A stretch of 63,320 nt of DNA, filler included, from Octopus bimaculoides (lineage: Eukaryota): the NCBI RefSeq assembly GCF_001194135.2. It is 5 parts of 4 records of this genome, joined end to end, with 100 filler letters (N's around TTAATTAATTAA, not from the genome) between each part and the next. Parts side by side here need not be neighbours in the genome. Positions count along the whole stretch, not along the records: positions 38,649 to 53,222 come from NC_068987.1; positions 53,323 to 61,069 come from NC_069002.1; positions 61,170 to 63,320 come from NC_068986.1; 2 more parts are not named here. One strand, given 5' to 3'. The notes under the pieces were generated by a model. It saw only the letters and a program-made list of their open reading frames with translations. It searched no databases and was not told the DNA's origin. This document shows positions 51,167 to 63,320 of this stretch, in pieces (the stretch's first letter is position 1; every line of letters starts with the position of its first letter). Both the position numbers and the translations under genes were made by a program.

Positions 51167-51633
51167 TACGTTGTATTTAATCATGAGTTTAAATTTCGTC
51201 GATGTCGCCCATATGTTATTTTCTTTTCATTTTCATTTTGTGCTCGATTAAATAAAGTACTCATCAAAATGAATAAATCTTCCAATTCTCATAGATGATG
51301 GCTAGTGGCATCCGACACACACGTATGTATGTATATATGTATGTATGTATCTATGTACACACGAACGACCTGATATGATACATACATACATACATACATA
51401 CATACATGATACATACATACGTACATACATACATACATACATACATACATACATACAAAAATAACTTGTTGCTGATGCTGGAATTCCAATGAAAGAGCCT
51501 TAGATCTAGGTTAGAAACCAGCTCTTTCTCTATTGGCCAGAAATCTTGAAATAAAACTAAATAATGACGTACATACATACATACATGCATACATACATAC
51601 ATACATACATACATACATACAGACATACATACA

Positions 51634-51665
<32 letters not shown>

Positions 51666-51977
51666 GACACATATTCCGCTCCTTCCTCTAGCGCTGTTAT
51701 ATAAACGATAGCATTAAGTTGAACATTTTTGTAAGGTTTTCATTTCTGTTGCATAGGTGTTAACATAGACGCATGCATGACCTGACTGGTTAAGAAGATC
51801 ACTTCATAACCACGTGGCTTTCAATCCTGTTACTTCATGCGGTACCTTGTCTTCTACTATAGCCATAGGCTGACCAATGCCTTGTGAGAAAAGTTGGTAG
51901 TGAGAACTAGCGTGGAAGCTATTCATATGTAGGTGTGTAGGGTGGTCAGATTCAAATGGCCTGAAGCACACCGGGCA

Positions 51978-52034
<57 letters not shown>

Positions 52035-52120
52035 CATATATGCATGTGTGAATGTCGTATATATATATGATCTATCTATCTATCTATCTATCTATCTGTC
52101 TATCTGTCTGTCTGTCTGTT

Positions 52121-52152
<32 letters not shown>

Positions 52153-52153
52153 A

Positions 52154-52188
<35 letters not shown>

Positions 52189-52668
52189 GTGTTTGTGTTT
52201 CTTCATCACTGCTTGTTTGTCTTCTCCGTAACTCAGCGATGCGGATTACGTGACCAGTAAAATAGGTGTTACTCTGACCCCCCCCCGAAAAACTCATAAA
52301 GGTTAATTTGTAAACCATATGGAGGTTGTGTCCCTTCATGACCGCATTCCAGTGAGTAAAACAAATTAAAAGATAAAAAATAAAAAGATGAATGTATCGA
52401 ATTGTAGTTGTCTAAATTTAGCCCCAGGATAACTGCGAGTACACTGACCGATGATAAGATAGAGTTTCATGTCATTACCATCCACCCCTATTCAGGTTAC
52501 GTTTATCGAGTACTATATTTTCTGATGTATTCCTCAGTTATGAAAACGTTAAGCTGTAACTGTGGGAAGGCTTAGCTTCCCACATTTACATAAGCAAGCT
52601 CGGTTACTACTAAGGGAGGTTAATCTTGTAGTAGGTTACCTCCCTTCAAAATGTTTTTATGTTTTTTG

Positions 52669-52733
<65 letters not shown>

Positions 52734-52937
52734 AGATATACCCGGGACCAGTGTAAAAATGTTTAACTCTGTAAGGACTGCTGAATTAACCAGTTGGATT
52801 ACCTGAATAAACCTGAAGGATGTCTTTAATCAAAATGACGCAGAGGTATTTTCTATGTAATCTGCTTTGATCTACCACCTCTGCTTACTCTCTCTTTCCC
52901 TCACTGTTCTCTCTCCCTTACCCTCCTCTCTCCCCCC

Positions 52938-52984
<47 letters not shown>

Positions 52985-53049
52985 TGTATAAATAGATAGA
53001 TAGATAGATAGATGCAGACAAATACATACTCACGTGTATTCTTTTCTAC

Positions 53050-53160
53050 TTTAAGGCACAAGGCCCGAAATTTTGCGGGAGGGGGCCAGTCGATTAGATC
53101 GACCCCAGTATGCAACTGGTACTTAATTTATCAACTCCGAAAGGATGAACGGCAAAGTCG
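53050..53160 (-). mobile_element. SINE family B 3' part
   Basis: ggcacaaggcccgaaattttgcgggagggggccagtcgattagatcgaccccagtatgcaactggtac. Confidence 0.85.
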
Positions 53161-53509
53161 TTGCACCTCTACAAGGTTGGTTTCTACTTCTCTGGAATAT
53201 ATGACATCTACTGGAACACACANNNNNNNNNNNNNNNNNNNNNNNNNNNNNNNNNNNNNNNNNNNNTTAATTAATTAANNNNNNNNNNNNNNNNNNNNNN
53301 NNNNNNNNNNNNNNNNNNNNNNTATATATATATATATATATATATATTATATTTAATCTCAAGAATTTCTAGTTAAATATTGATTTTGTTATATCCTGAT
53401 ATAAAATTTTTTTTTAAATGAACTGAGTAGTTTCTTTTAACAAGAAATTATTCATTTGAAAGAATTTTGAAATTAAAAACAATGTGTGTGTGTGTGTCTA
53501 TGTGTACAA

Positions 53510-53546
<37 letters not shown>

Positions 53547-53622
53547 CATACATATATATATATGACACTGATCTAAAAAAAAATTAGCTTCACATAGAAG
53601 GAACTTAAATGACTATTATCGC

Positions 53623-53668
<46 letters not shown>

Positions 53669-54078
53669 TGAAAGTAAATGACTCAGATCGTTAGTCATTC
53701 TCCTATTCTCAGCTACCGGATATTGGTGAAGAAAACATTCAGTTTCTTAAAAGTAAAACTGAACAAGAAATTTTTCACATCAAGTTTTCATTTGAATGAC
53801 TGACTATTCAAAACATTCAGAAGGAAGGATGGGGGACGGGACTGTTTTATTATATTCTGCTAAAAATAGACACCACGATTCTTTGGAAATCAGTAAACTT
53901 TAGATTACATGATAAAATATACAAATATAAGCGTTAATTTACAAAACCCTGAGAAAGTAAGGCAGCAAAGATAATATTCCGGGAAGACATTGCGTAATGA
54001 TACCAGAACCCACCTAGGACTTTTGATACCAAAACCCACCTGGGACTGTTCCTGGTTTTGTGATAAAAATTCCAGGTT

Positions 54079-54640
54079 TTAACCCTTTAAGCTCTTAGCA
54101 TACTGTCAAATGTAATGCTTGTTTACTTACATTGTTTTGAATTAATTCTGGATTACCTTTGAGATTTTGATGAGGTGTGTGGCTTAATGGTTAGGGTAAT
54201 CAGCTGACAATCATATGGTTGTGAGTTCAATTCCTGGCAATGCACTGTGTCCTTGAGCAAGACACTTTATTTCAAATTGCTCCAGGCCACTCAGCTGACA
54301 AAAATGTATTGTACCTGTAATTCAATGGGCCGGCCTTGTCACATTCTTTGTCGTGCTGAATCTCCCTGAGAACTATGTTAAGGGTACGCATGTCTGTGGA
54401 GCGCTCAGCCACTTGCATGTTAATTTCATGAGCAAGTTGTTCCATTGGCAAACACTGCCACTGGACAACCAGTGTTGGCTTGTTTACATCCCTATAACTA
54501 AGCAATTTAGTAGTAGCCAATAGAGTGAACATCAGACTTAGAAAAATAAGTAATGCTGATCGATATGTCCGACTATAATTCTTCAAGGTTGTGCCCCAGA
54601 ATGGCAGCAGTCAAATGACTACAACACATAGAATGATGAA
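54079..54640 (+). mobile_element. Nested cluster: TTAA-MITE 5' part (54079-54175), SINE C variant (54174-54445), SINE A 3' half (54445-54640)
   Basis: ttaacccttt start; then tggcttaatggttagg...gagttcaattcc...gtgtccttgagcaagac; then tttacatccctataactaagc. Confidence 0.7.
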
Positions 54641-54738
54641 ATATAGAAAGTAAAAACTTCACCAGTGCATTTTTCATGCAAAGTAAAATATTATTGTTGT
54701 GCTATGCATTGGAATTTAAAAAGTTAAAAGTGTTTCCG

Positions 54739-54964
54739 TCCTTCAGCATTTAAAGTAGCAGTATCTGGCCAAAATACTTTACTTGTTTTATGTTCCAACT
54801 GACCAGCTCCAGCCTTTCCCACCTACCCTACAATGTCATTTTAAGAATAAAACAATCACATCATTGAAATCTCCAAAGCTATGAGATAATGCAGGATTAC
54901 TATGAAACAAAGCAAATAAATAAGGATGACATTTGTCTCAGTAATCTGAATGCTAAAGGGTTAA
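54739..54964 (-). mobile_element. TTAA-flanked MITE
   Basis: Ends in aatctgaatgctaaagggttaa; homologous to 5194-5417. Confidence 0.75.
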
Positions 54965-55073
54965 AACAGTAATGGTTTGTTTTATTTTTGTTTTTGTTTT
55001 CTGTTTTCTTTTTGTTTTAAGGTAAATAAATATTAAGAAAAGCATTTAGAAAACCTTTGCTAATTTTGTCGTA

Positions 55074-55469
55074 TTAATCCATTAGCACTTTAATCTGGCC
55101 ATATCCCGGCTCAAATATTCTACCTGTTTTATATTCAAATTAGCCAGTTCCAACCTTTCACACCTACCCTGCAATGTCATTCTAAAATTAATCAATCACA
55201 TCATAAAACTTTTGAAGCTATGGGATAGATCATCGTCATCATTTAATGTCCATTTTCCATGCTGGCATGGGTTGAACAGTTTGACTGAAAACTGGTGAGC
55301 CAGGTTCCATTCTGATTTGGCAAGGTTTCTATGGATGGGTGCCCTTCCTAATGCCAACCACTCTGAGTGTGTAGTGGATGTTAATACATGATAATACATG
55401 ATTAATTGAAAACAATGTGAATAAATAAGTTTTACATTTGACAAAATAATCTGAATGTTGAAGGGTTAA
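55074..55469 (-). mobile_element. TTAA-flanked MITE interrupted by an RTE tail (~55228-55380)
   Basis: ttaatccattagc...aatctgaatgttgaagggttaa with internal catcgtcatcatttaatgtcc...cccttcctaatgccaacc. Confidence 0.75.
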
Positions 55470-56516
55470 ACATAACTTGTGTATAACATAATTATGATTT
55501 AACAGGGTTTTTTTTTTAAAGCACTCAAACATTAGTGTGGATTTTGTAAATCCTTAAGTTATATTTTTAAATATCTCCTGTGTGACTGGGTACTCCTTGT
55601 AGAACCCCAGTGTCCCGAGACATGTCATTTCAAAACTACAAATCTACATGGTCACACAGCTTGCTAAATATAGCAGTAAAGTCTCCTCAGATATCGCATC
55701 AAACAATTTTGTTTTTTTAAAAAAAAAAGGACACATTAAATAACGTAGTCTTAGATACACTATAACTGGGAAAACAAAAAAGCTACAGGTTGATTGCAAC
55801 TGGATCGCTGTTGATTGATCACAGGTTCGCTCAATCAGGACCAACCACGGGCTAAACAACAACAACACCAAATATAATCTACTTATAGGTTTGAGTTCAC
55901 TGTCTGGAGCTCAACAACAACAACAACAACAGAAACAAATGGGTTACAGCTATGAGTTCAATGACTGATGAAGTATTGTATCTATTAATATTAAAGTTCA
56001 TTATATTCTAGACAAGAAATCTGCTAAAAGAGGAAATCACACTCAGCCAATAAACCAATAATAAACACAGTAACTGACACTTCTCATCAGGAAACTACAC
56101 CTGGGTATCATAATTGACCTGGCTTAACGTCCTCACATGTGATTTTGTATGTCTGAGATATTAACCTTATGTTTTGATTTCTGGAGTCTATAGAACAGAA
56201 TATATGAGTTAAATTAAATTTGAGTTGGGAATGACTAATTTTAAACTGGTATTAGAATATTGGTCCTTTCACTTCTTAGTGGACTATGGCCACATTGCTG
56301 GCTACCAAATATCACTCATAATGTTTCGGTTAGCTGGAGGCCGTAGGTAGGAGACACTTGCCTAAGTTGCTGTGCATTGTGTCTAAATTTAGAAACATGT
56401 GATGGCAAATTGAGCCTTTAACCATACAACTGATGCTAACAGTCTGTTTCAATCATGGGAAATCAATGGCCCACAGGATTTTCTGTATGGTGCACCTTAG
56501 CAAAAAAAATTACCTC

Positions 56517-56810
56517 AATGTTTCAGCCGATATACTCTCCAGCCTTTATCAGGTGTCTTGGGGAAATTAACCACTATGCCATATGTCCATGGGCATATGG
56601 CATAGTGGTTAAGAGCACAAGCTACTAACCCCAAGATTCTGAGTTTGATTCCAAGCAGTGACCTGAACAATAATAATAATAAGATCGAAAAATACCTTAG
56701 GAATGAGAACGGTATATCAGCCGAAACATTGTATTAACAAACAAAATGAGGGCAAATATCCATCAAATGTAAATAATGTACATAATTCCTCATCTCTCAA
56801 ATATAGAACT
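56517..56810 (+). mobile_element. Foldback family 1 copy retaining its tRNA-like Pol III head
   Basis: A-box TGGCATAGTGG (56598-56608), B-box-like GTTTGATTC (56643-56651), then (aat)n, aaaataccttaggaatgagaac, the 3' half of the hammerhead and the family 3' end aaatatagaactg; inverted hammerhead arm at 56517-56568. Confidence 0.8.
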
Positions 56811-57462
56811 GTAATATAAATACTATAAATAATATATATATATGCATATATACATACATGTATGTACACATCTATATATATAGATGTATATATACATGCA
56901 TATATGGGTACAGGATGTCAAAAAAACGTGAACAAAATGAAAAACAAGAACATAATAAAACAAAAACATGGAAAACAAACTTTTTTTGCGGACAACGAAA
57001 GAAACAAATAGAGAAACAAGACAGGCAACATAAAGAACAATCCCTTCATCAGTTGTGTCATTTTATCTACTCCGCGTTTTGAAGGTTGGGACAAGATGCA
57101 ACTTCATTAAGACAGTCCTTCCCACAAAGCAAATTAAATAAAATATGGTATTTTTGCAGAGGGTTAAAATAGTAACAAAAACAGGACAGTAAGAACAAAA
57201 CAGTAAAAACAAACGGTGAGGGCTGTTGAGCCATAACGAGGTGAAGTGGTGAACGCTGGAGAAAGGAGCTATGACAAGAGACAGGCAAAAGTAGGTTTTA
57301 TCTCTTGTAAAGCAAGAGGAAAAAAGAATGATAGTCGCTGGTCCCGTGTGAGCAACGAGAAAGCCAAGGAGGAAGAGTGAGATGAGAAGAGGAAGAGAAA
57401 GAGAATGGTGAAGGGGAGAAGAAAAACAGAAAGAAAGAAGAATAATAGCAATAAAGTGTATA

Positions 57463-57521
<59 letters not shown>

Positions 57522-58825
57522 NNNNNNNNNNNNNNNNNNNNNNNNNNNNNNNNNNNNNNNNNNNNNNNNNNNNNNNNNNNNNNNNNNNNNNNNNNNNNNN
57601 NNNNNNNNNNNNNNNNNNNNNNNNNNNNNNNNNNNNNNNNNNNNNNNNNNNNNNNNNNNNNNNNNNNNNNNNNNNNNNNNNNNNNNNNNNNNNNNNNNNN
57701 NNNNNNNNNNNNNNNNNNNNNNNNNNNNNNNNNNNNNNNNNNNNNNNNNNNNNNNNNNNNNNNNNNNNNNNNNNNNNNNNNNNNNNNNNNNNNNNNNNNN
57801 NNNNNNNNNNNNNNNNNNNNNNNNNNNNNNNNNNNNNNNNNNNNNNNNNNNNNNNNNNNNNNNNNNNNNNNNNNNNNNNNNNNNNNNNNNNNNNNNNNNN
57901 NNNNNNNNNNNNNNNNNNNNNNNNNNNNNNNNNNNNNNNNNNNNNNNNNNNNNNNNNNNNNNNNNNNNNNNNNNNNNNNNNNNNNNNNNNNNNNNNNNNN
58001 NNNNNNNNNNNNNNNNNNNNNNNNNNNNNTATATATATATATATATATATATAACATGAAAACAAACGTGACTAAACCAAGTGTGCTAAAAAAGAAAGGA
58101 GGCAAACAAATAAATATGTTTAACCTCAGCTGACACAGACAATGACAGAATGATAAATGTGAACGGAATAAGAGAATACATTGACAAGAATGGAACAGCT
58201 CCAATTAGTGGCTTGTACACACAATAACCATCGAGGAATAATAAACTAATGGAACACATAAAAACCATATTTCCATCTGACACACTAACCATGACCACTT
58301 ACTTCGCTGATGAAAACATCATCAACATTAATGATGAAGAAACTATTAGTCTCACTTATTTATTATTTTTTTGTAGAAAGGAGACAAGGAATACATATGT
58401 ATGTACATACATACCTACATATGTATATATATATTCTTTTACATGTTTCAGCCCTAAGGCTGTGGTCATGTTGGAGCACCACCAGTATGTATTATGTATG
58501 CGTGTGTCTGTATATGTATATATATACATTTATGAATTCATCTTGCAAGATTCCTGATGTGAAATCATGTGTTGAAACAGATATTGTTATATTTCGGGAT
58601 GGTCATTTTTTTTTTCTATTTTGCCAAATAAACATATGGAATATATATTTGTTCTTCGCTCATTTATTATTGTTCTTATTCTAACTCATGTCCATTGTCC
58701 AGAAATCTTTCGTCGCACATCTGTGACCTCTTCAGCGACACTTTTCCTCTTTATACACTTTACACACTTTTATACACTTTTTGTCTTTATACACTCACAC
58801 ACACACATACACTCATTATGTTTTA

Positions 58826-59310
58826 CTTGTTTCAATCATTAGATTGTGGTCATGCTGGGGCACCGCCTTGAAGAATTCTTCGTCGAATGAATCAACCCTA
58901 GTTCTTTTAGTTAAGCCTGGTATTTATTCTATCGGTCTCTTTCACCAAACTACTAGGTTACAGGGACACAAACCAATCAACACTGGTTGTCATGTGGTGG
59001 TTGGGGACAAACACAGACACAAAGACACACACATATGCAATGGGCTTCTTTCAGTTTCCATCTACAAAATCCACTCACAAGGTTGTCCTGCAGCTATAGT
59101 AGATGACACTTGCCCAAGGCACCATGCTGTGGGATTGAACCTGGAATCAAGTGGCAGGGAAGCAAACTTCTTACCACACAGCCATGCCTGCACCTACCCA
59201 CAGAATGGGCTTCTTTCAGTTTCAGTCTATCAAATCCACTTACAAGGCTCTGATTGGTCTGGGGCTGTAGTAGAGACACTTGCCCAAGATGCTATGCAGT
59301 GAAACTGGAC
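58826..59310 (-). mobile_element. SINE family A full copy (58826-59190) plus adjacent partial copy (59205-59310)
   Basis: ttgtttcaatcattagattgtggtcatgctggggcaccgcc...gacacttgcccaagg...ccacacagcc. Confidence 0.85.
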
Positions 59311-59359
59311 ATGAAACTCTGTGTGTATGTGTGTGTGTGTGTGCGTGCGTGCGTGCATG

Positions 59360-59590
59360 AATGGGTTTTGTGTGTACTTTTGTACTGACATCATGTGATG
59401 GTTGTAAATGAACACCATTGTCATACAAGCGAGGTTATTTGTTTCCAGTCATCCATGAAAAACTTGTCTGGTTGTGGGGAAGTACTAAATAGCTTGGAAA
59501 CAGGTGAGAGAAGACAATGAGAAGAGCATCCAACCACTGAAAACATGCCACAACGAATTCTGCATGGGAAAATGAACATTAAATTATGTC
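59360..59590 (+). mobile_element. SINE 3' body with an RTE-like tail
   Basis: gacatcatgtgatggttgtaaatg...ttggaaacaggtgag...gaagagcatccaaccactgaaaa...gcatgggaaaatgaacattaaa. Confidence 0.55.
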
Positions 59591-60186
59591 CATTATACAT
59601 ACACACATGTGCCTGAGCCTGTGACCCATATAGGCATTGGATATCTTACCTTGTCTTGTCTTTGAATTATGTCAGTAGGATGAAGAGGTGCTGTGCAAGC
59701 CTTACTGAACCTAAAATTTTAGGTTGAGCAATCGTTGGCGAGGCATCTGTCCAGTGCCCAGTCAAGTAGGGAGGTGCCACAGCAAGCATGGAAGCCACAG
59801 ACGGAATCCCAGGTGAAGTCGACTTCAATAGCCTCATGCATGGGCATTGTTGGTATTTTGCATGGGCTATGGTCAGTGATGGTCTTCCTCAGTCACAAAT
59901 GGACAGTTGCAAATTGATGTGGATGGGTGAAGGTAGATGTGTCTTGTGGTTATCTGTATTTTTTCTTAGCGGCTGAGAATCGTGGGGTGCGCTTCTGGGT
60001 TGGATTATTTTTTTAAAATTGATTTGTTTGGTTTGTGCATTAGGCATGAGGCTGGTTTTGTATTGACCACAGTAACTAGTAAAGTGGACTTCATTTGTCT
60101 TGTCCATTTGTTTTTTTTATTTTGAAAGCAGCAGCCATTCAGTGCGCATGGAGTTGGCTTTGACTGCTCTTTCTCCCTCTCTTTGT

Positions 60187-60283
<97 letters not shown>

Positions 60284-60360
60284 ATTTACCACTATTGGCC
60301 CAGCGACAGATTCAAAAGCGTTTTAATGTGGATGAAGAAATTTGTTTCTTCTTTTTTCAC

Positions 60361-60788
60361 GGCACGTAAAAAGCACCATTCGAGTATGGTCGATGCCAGT
60401 GCCGCCCGACTGGTCCTGTGCCGTTGGCACGTAAAAAGCACCGTTTGAGCATGGTCGTTGCCAGTGCCACTTGACTGGCTCCGATGCCGGTGGCACATAA
60501 AAAGCACCATTCGAGTGTGGTCGATGCCAGTGCTGGCTGACTAGTCTTGTGCCGGTGGCACGCAAAAAAACACCATTCAAGCGTGGTCGATGCCAGTACT
60601 GCCTAACTGGCAATGAAAAAGCACCTGCTACACTCTCAGAGTGGTTGGCGTTAGGAAGGGCATCCAGCTGTAGAAACATTGCCAGATCAGACTGGAGCCT
60701 GGTGCAGCCTTCTGGCTTGCCAGTCCTCAGTCAAACCATCCAACCCATGCCAGCATGGAAAGCGAACGTTAAACGATGATGATGATGA
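60361..60788 (+). mobile_element. RTE 3' UTR with ~4.5 tandem ~65-bp units
   Basis: Repeated ggcacgtaaaaagcaccattcgag..tggtcgatgccagtgcc...gtgccggt, then ttaggaagggcatccagctg...(gat)n. Confidence 0.85.
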
Positions 60789-60923
60789 CACACATAAATA
60801 TACTATAGAGTTACAGATATACATATATGCACACACACACAGATCTATGTATCAACACACACACATCTAGGATTCAAACACACACACATCTATGTATTAA
60901 CACATAAACACACTGCACATTTC

Positions 60924-60974
<51 letters not shown>

Positions 60975-61217
60975 TAATATTTTAAAGTTGCCTGAGAACT
61001 ACAACATCCCCAGTAGGAACCTGTATGACATTGACACAAGAGTTTCAGAAATACTGTTCTTCACTATGANNNNNNNNNNNNNNNNNNNNNNNNNNNNNNN
61101 NNNNNNNNNNNNNTTAATTAATTAANNNNNNNNNNNNNNNNNNNNNNNNNNNNNNNNNNNNNNNNNNNNTATACATATATATATATATGCAAATACATAC
61201 ATATATAGATAGATATT

Positions 61218-61261
<44 letters not shown>

Positions 61262-61354
61262 AAGACATACATACGCATATATAGAGGTGTGTATGTATGT
61301 GTGTGGTGTGTGTGGTATGTGTGTGAGGTACAATTGCGCTGTACGTACCATTAT

Positions 61355-61720
61355 GCTATCAAGGAGTAGTAATTAGTGAAGACGCTGAAAATTCAAAGCT
61401 AAAACACTCAGCTTTGCTAAAACGGTGCTTTGTTGCTCCCTCGTAGTCCGAGAATGACGGTTCTTCACAATGACGGTTCTGCACAAATGATTTGTCTATA
61501 GCGATCAAATGCTCCTGTGTACAGTCACTCATTCTCTGCATTAAATGGATATTGCCAGTACAGGCGCATGGTGTGCCACACATTAGGTGTCAAATTGATC
61601 ACCGAGCAACGAAAGAGGATGAGTTTTACACAAGAACACAAGGCATCAGATAATCCAGGAATTCAAACAATGATCTTGAGATTGTGAGTGAAACACACTA
61701 ACCTGTGCTCCATGCAGTTT
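61355..61720 (-). mobile_element. Diverged tRNA-SINE-like element
   Basis: Minus strand ggttagtgtgtttcactcacaatc...gtttgaattcctgg...gccttgtgttcttg head; body unclassified. Confidence 0.45.
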
Positions 61721-61739
61721 TGACATATTGTTACATACA

Positions 61740-61786
<47 letters not shown>

Positions 61787-62315
61787 ATCATTCAGTCAGG
61801 TAGATAGATAGATTGAGAAGGAGAGAGCGAGAGAGAGAGAGGGAGAGAGGGAGAGAGAGNNNNNNNNNNNNNNNNNNNNNNNNNNNNNNNNNNNNNNNNN
61901 NNNNNNNNNNNNNNNNNNNNNNNNNNNNNNNNNNNNNNNNNNNNNNNNNNNNNNNNNNNNNNNNNNNNNNNNNNNNNNNNNNNNNNNNNNNNNNNNNNNN
62001 NNNNNNNNNNNNNNNNNNNNNNNNNNNNNNNNNNNNNNNNNNNNNNNNNNNNNNNNNNNNNNNNNNNNNNNNNNNNNNNNNNNNNNNNNNNNNNNNNNNN
62101 NNNNNNNNNNNNNNNNNNNNNNNNNNNNNNNNNNNNNNNNNNNNNNNNNNNNNNNNNNNNNNNNNNNNNNNNNNNNNNNNNNNNNNNNNNNNNNNNNNNN
62201 NNNNNNNNNNNNNNNNNNNNNNNNNNNNNNNNNNNNNNNNNNAAGACTGACTCACAGGCAGAAAGACAGATACACAAAAAGACAAACAGAATAGAAACGT
62301 AGATAGATAGATAGG

Positions 62316-62374
<59 letters not shown>

Positions 62375-62403
62375 TTACACAAGCGTTCTCCCTTCTGTAT
62401 TCC

Positions 62404-62460
<57 letters not shown>

Positions 62461-63084
62461 GCAAATAAGAGAAATTAGCATCTATATATGACATGTATTT
62501 CGTATTCTTGTACCTCACTGTATCGGTCCCTTAATCACCAATGACTGCAACAACAGGTCATGTCATAACTAAATCAAGTGCAATATTAATTCATTCTTAC
62601 GTGCAATGCCTCTTGCATTTGAAGGAACAAAATTTATCGCTGCAGCAATATTTTAAACTGCAGTTAAATTTATGGCGCCTTGCGAAATAAATATTACTCT
62701 GTACACGGCAGGAAAATTAGTATGCACTGTATGATTTTTGATGTGTTGTGAGATATTTTCTGTGCAATCATTTCAGTCTTGCCATAGCTGGGTTATTTGT
62801 TCATGTTATCATATTTGCTTAGGTTTATGTTTGGGTGTGGCCTGTTTGCTTCTTTGTGTCCATTTAATTTTTTTTTTCTTTTTCTTTTTTTTTCTTTTGG
62901 TTTCCAGGGAATCTTAAAGTATTTCACTTCTTTATATCTGTCTCACATCCTTTATCTTCAAGGTTTCTCTCCCAAACCTTCTGCGTATATTAATCTTTCC
63001 TTGTTTTCTCCCTCCCTTCAAGACACTTTGTTTGTTTTTCCCTTCTCTTTTTCTCTCTCTCTCTCACTCTCTCACTCTCTCACT

Positions 63085-63097
63085 CCCTATCTATCTG

Positions 63098-63138
<41 letters not shown>

Positions 63139-63151
63139 ATCTATCTATCTA

Positions 63152-63203
<52 letters not shown>

Positions 63204-63205
63204 AA
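63085..63205. repeat. (TCTA)n microsatellite
   Basis: Direct reading. Confidence 0.95.
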
Positions 63206-63270
63206 TTATTCTATGTATCTACCTAGCTATGTTTATGTAAATTTGCATGTATATAAATGTCTGTACGTAC

Positions 63271-63320
<50 letters not shown>

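Noticed and set aside
51463-51570. Two-copy repeat (also 49110-49210, opposite strand) with tgaaagagcct...aggttagaaacc
   Set aside because: A real dispersed repeat, but the core deviates too far from the hammerhead consensus; it folds as a simple hairpin and was left unclassified.
56590-56665. Possible tRNA gene
   Set aside because: The cloverleaf is incomplete or mismatched and runs directly into a repeat body; interpreted as a SINE head. The same applies to the other tRNA-like heads.
57041-57085. Minus-strand ccuuc-aaaacgcgg...CUGAUGA-aggga suggesting a permuted (type II) hammerhead
   Set aside because: No GAAA or UH cleavage triplet, and the only good pairing (GAAGG/CCUUC) would sequester core nucleotides.
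60361-60640. CRISPR-like repeat array
   Set aside because: The units are contiguous tandem repeats without unique spacers, in eukaryotic LINE context with no cas genes.

Overview
AT-rich, gap-ridden eukaryotic scaffold. The repeat families resemble octopus/cephalopod tRNA-derived SINEs (inference from recalled consensus sequences, not a database search). No intact protein-coding gene, rRNA, tRNA gene or CRISPR array can be supported, and most listed ORFs are microsatellite or N-gap artefacts. The window is a patchwork of microsatellites, three tRNA-SINE families, LINE remnants (RTE, CR1, HERO-like) and DNA-transposon remnants (mariner, pogo/Tc2, piggyBac, Tigger-like and TTAA MITEs), plus a few weak exon candidates. 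The most striking signal is at least three unrelated families of small inverted-repeat (foldback) elements, each carrying a minimal type-I hammerhead ribozyme motif with a palindromic, dimer-type helix III, as described for Penelope-like elements. One family (three copies, ~14.1, 48.6 and 56.5 kb) also has a Pol III tRNA-like head and target-site duplications. It looks like a tRNA-headed, ribozyme-bearing SINE/retrozyme hybrid that inserts as a hairpin.
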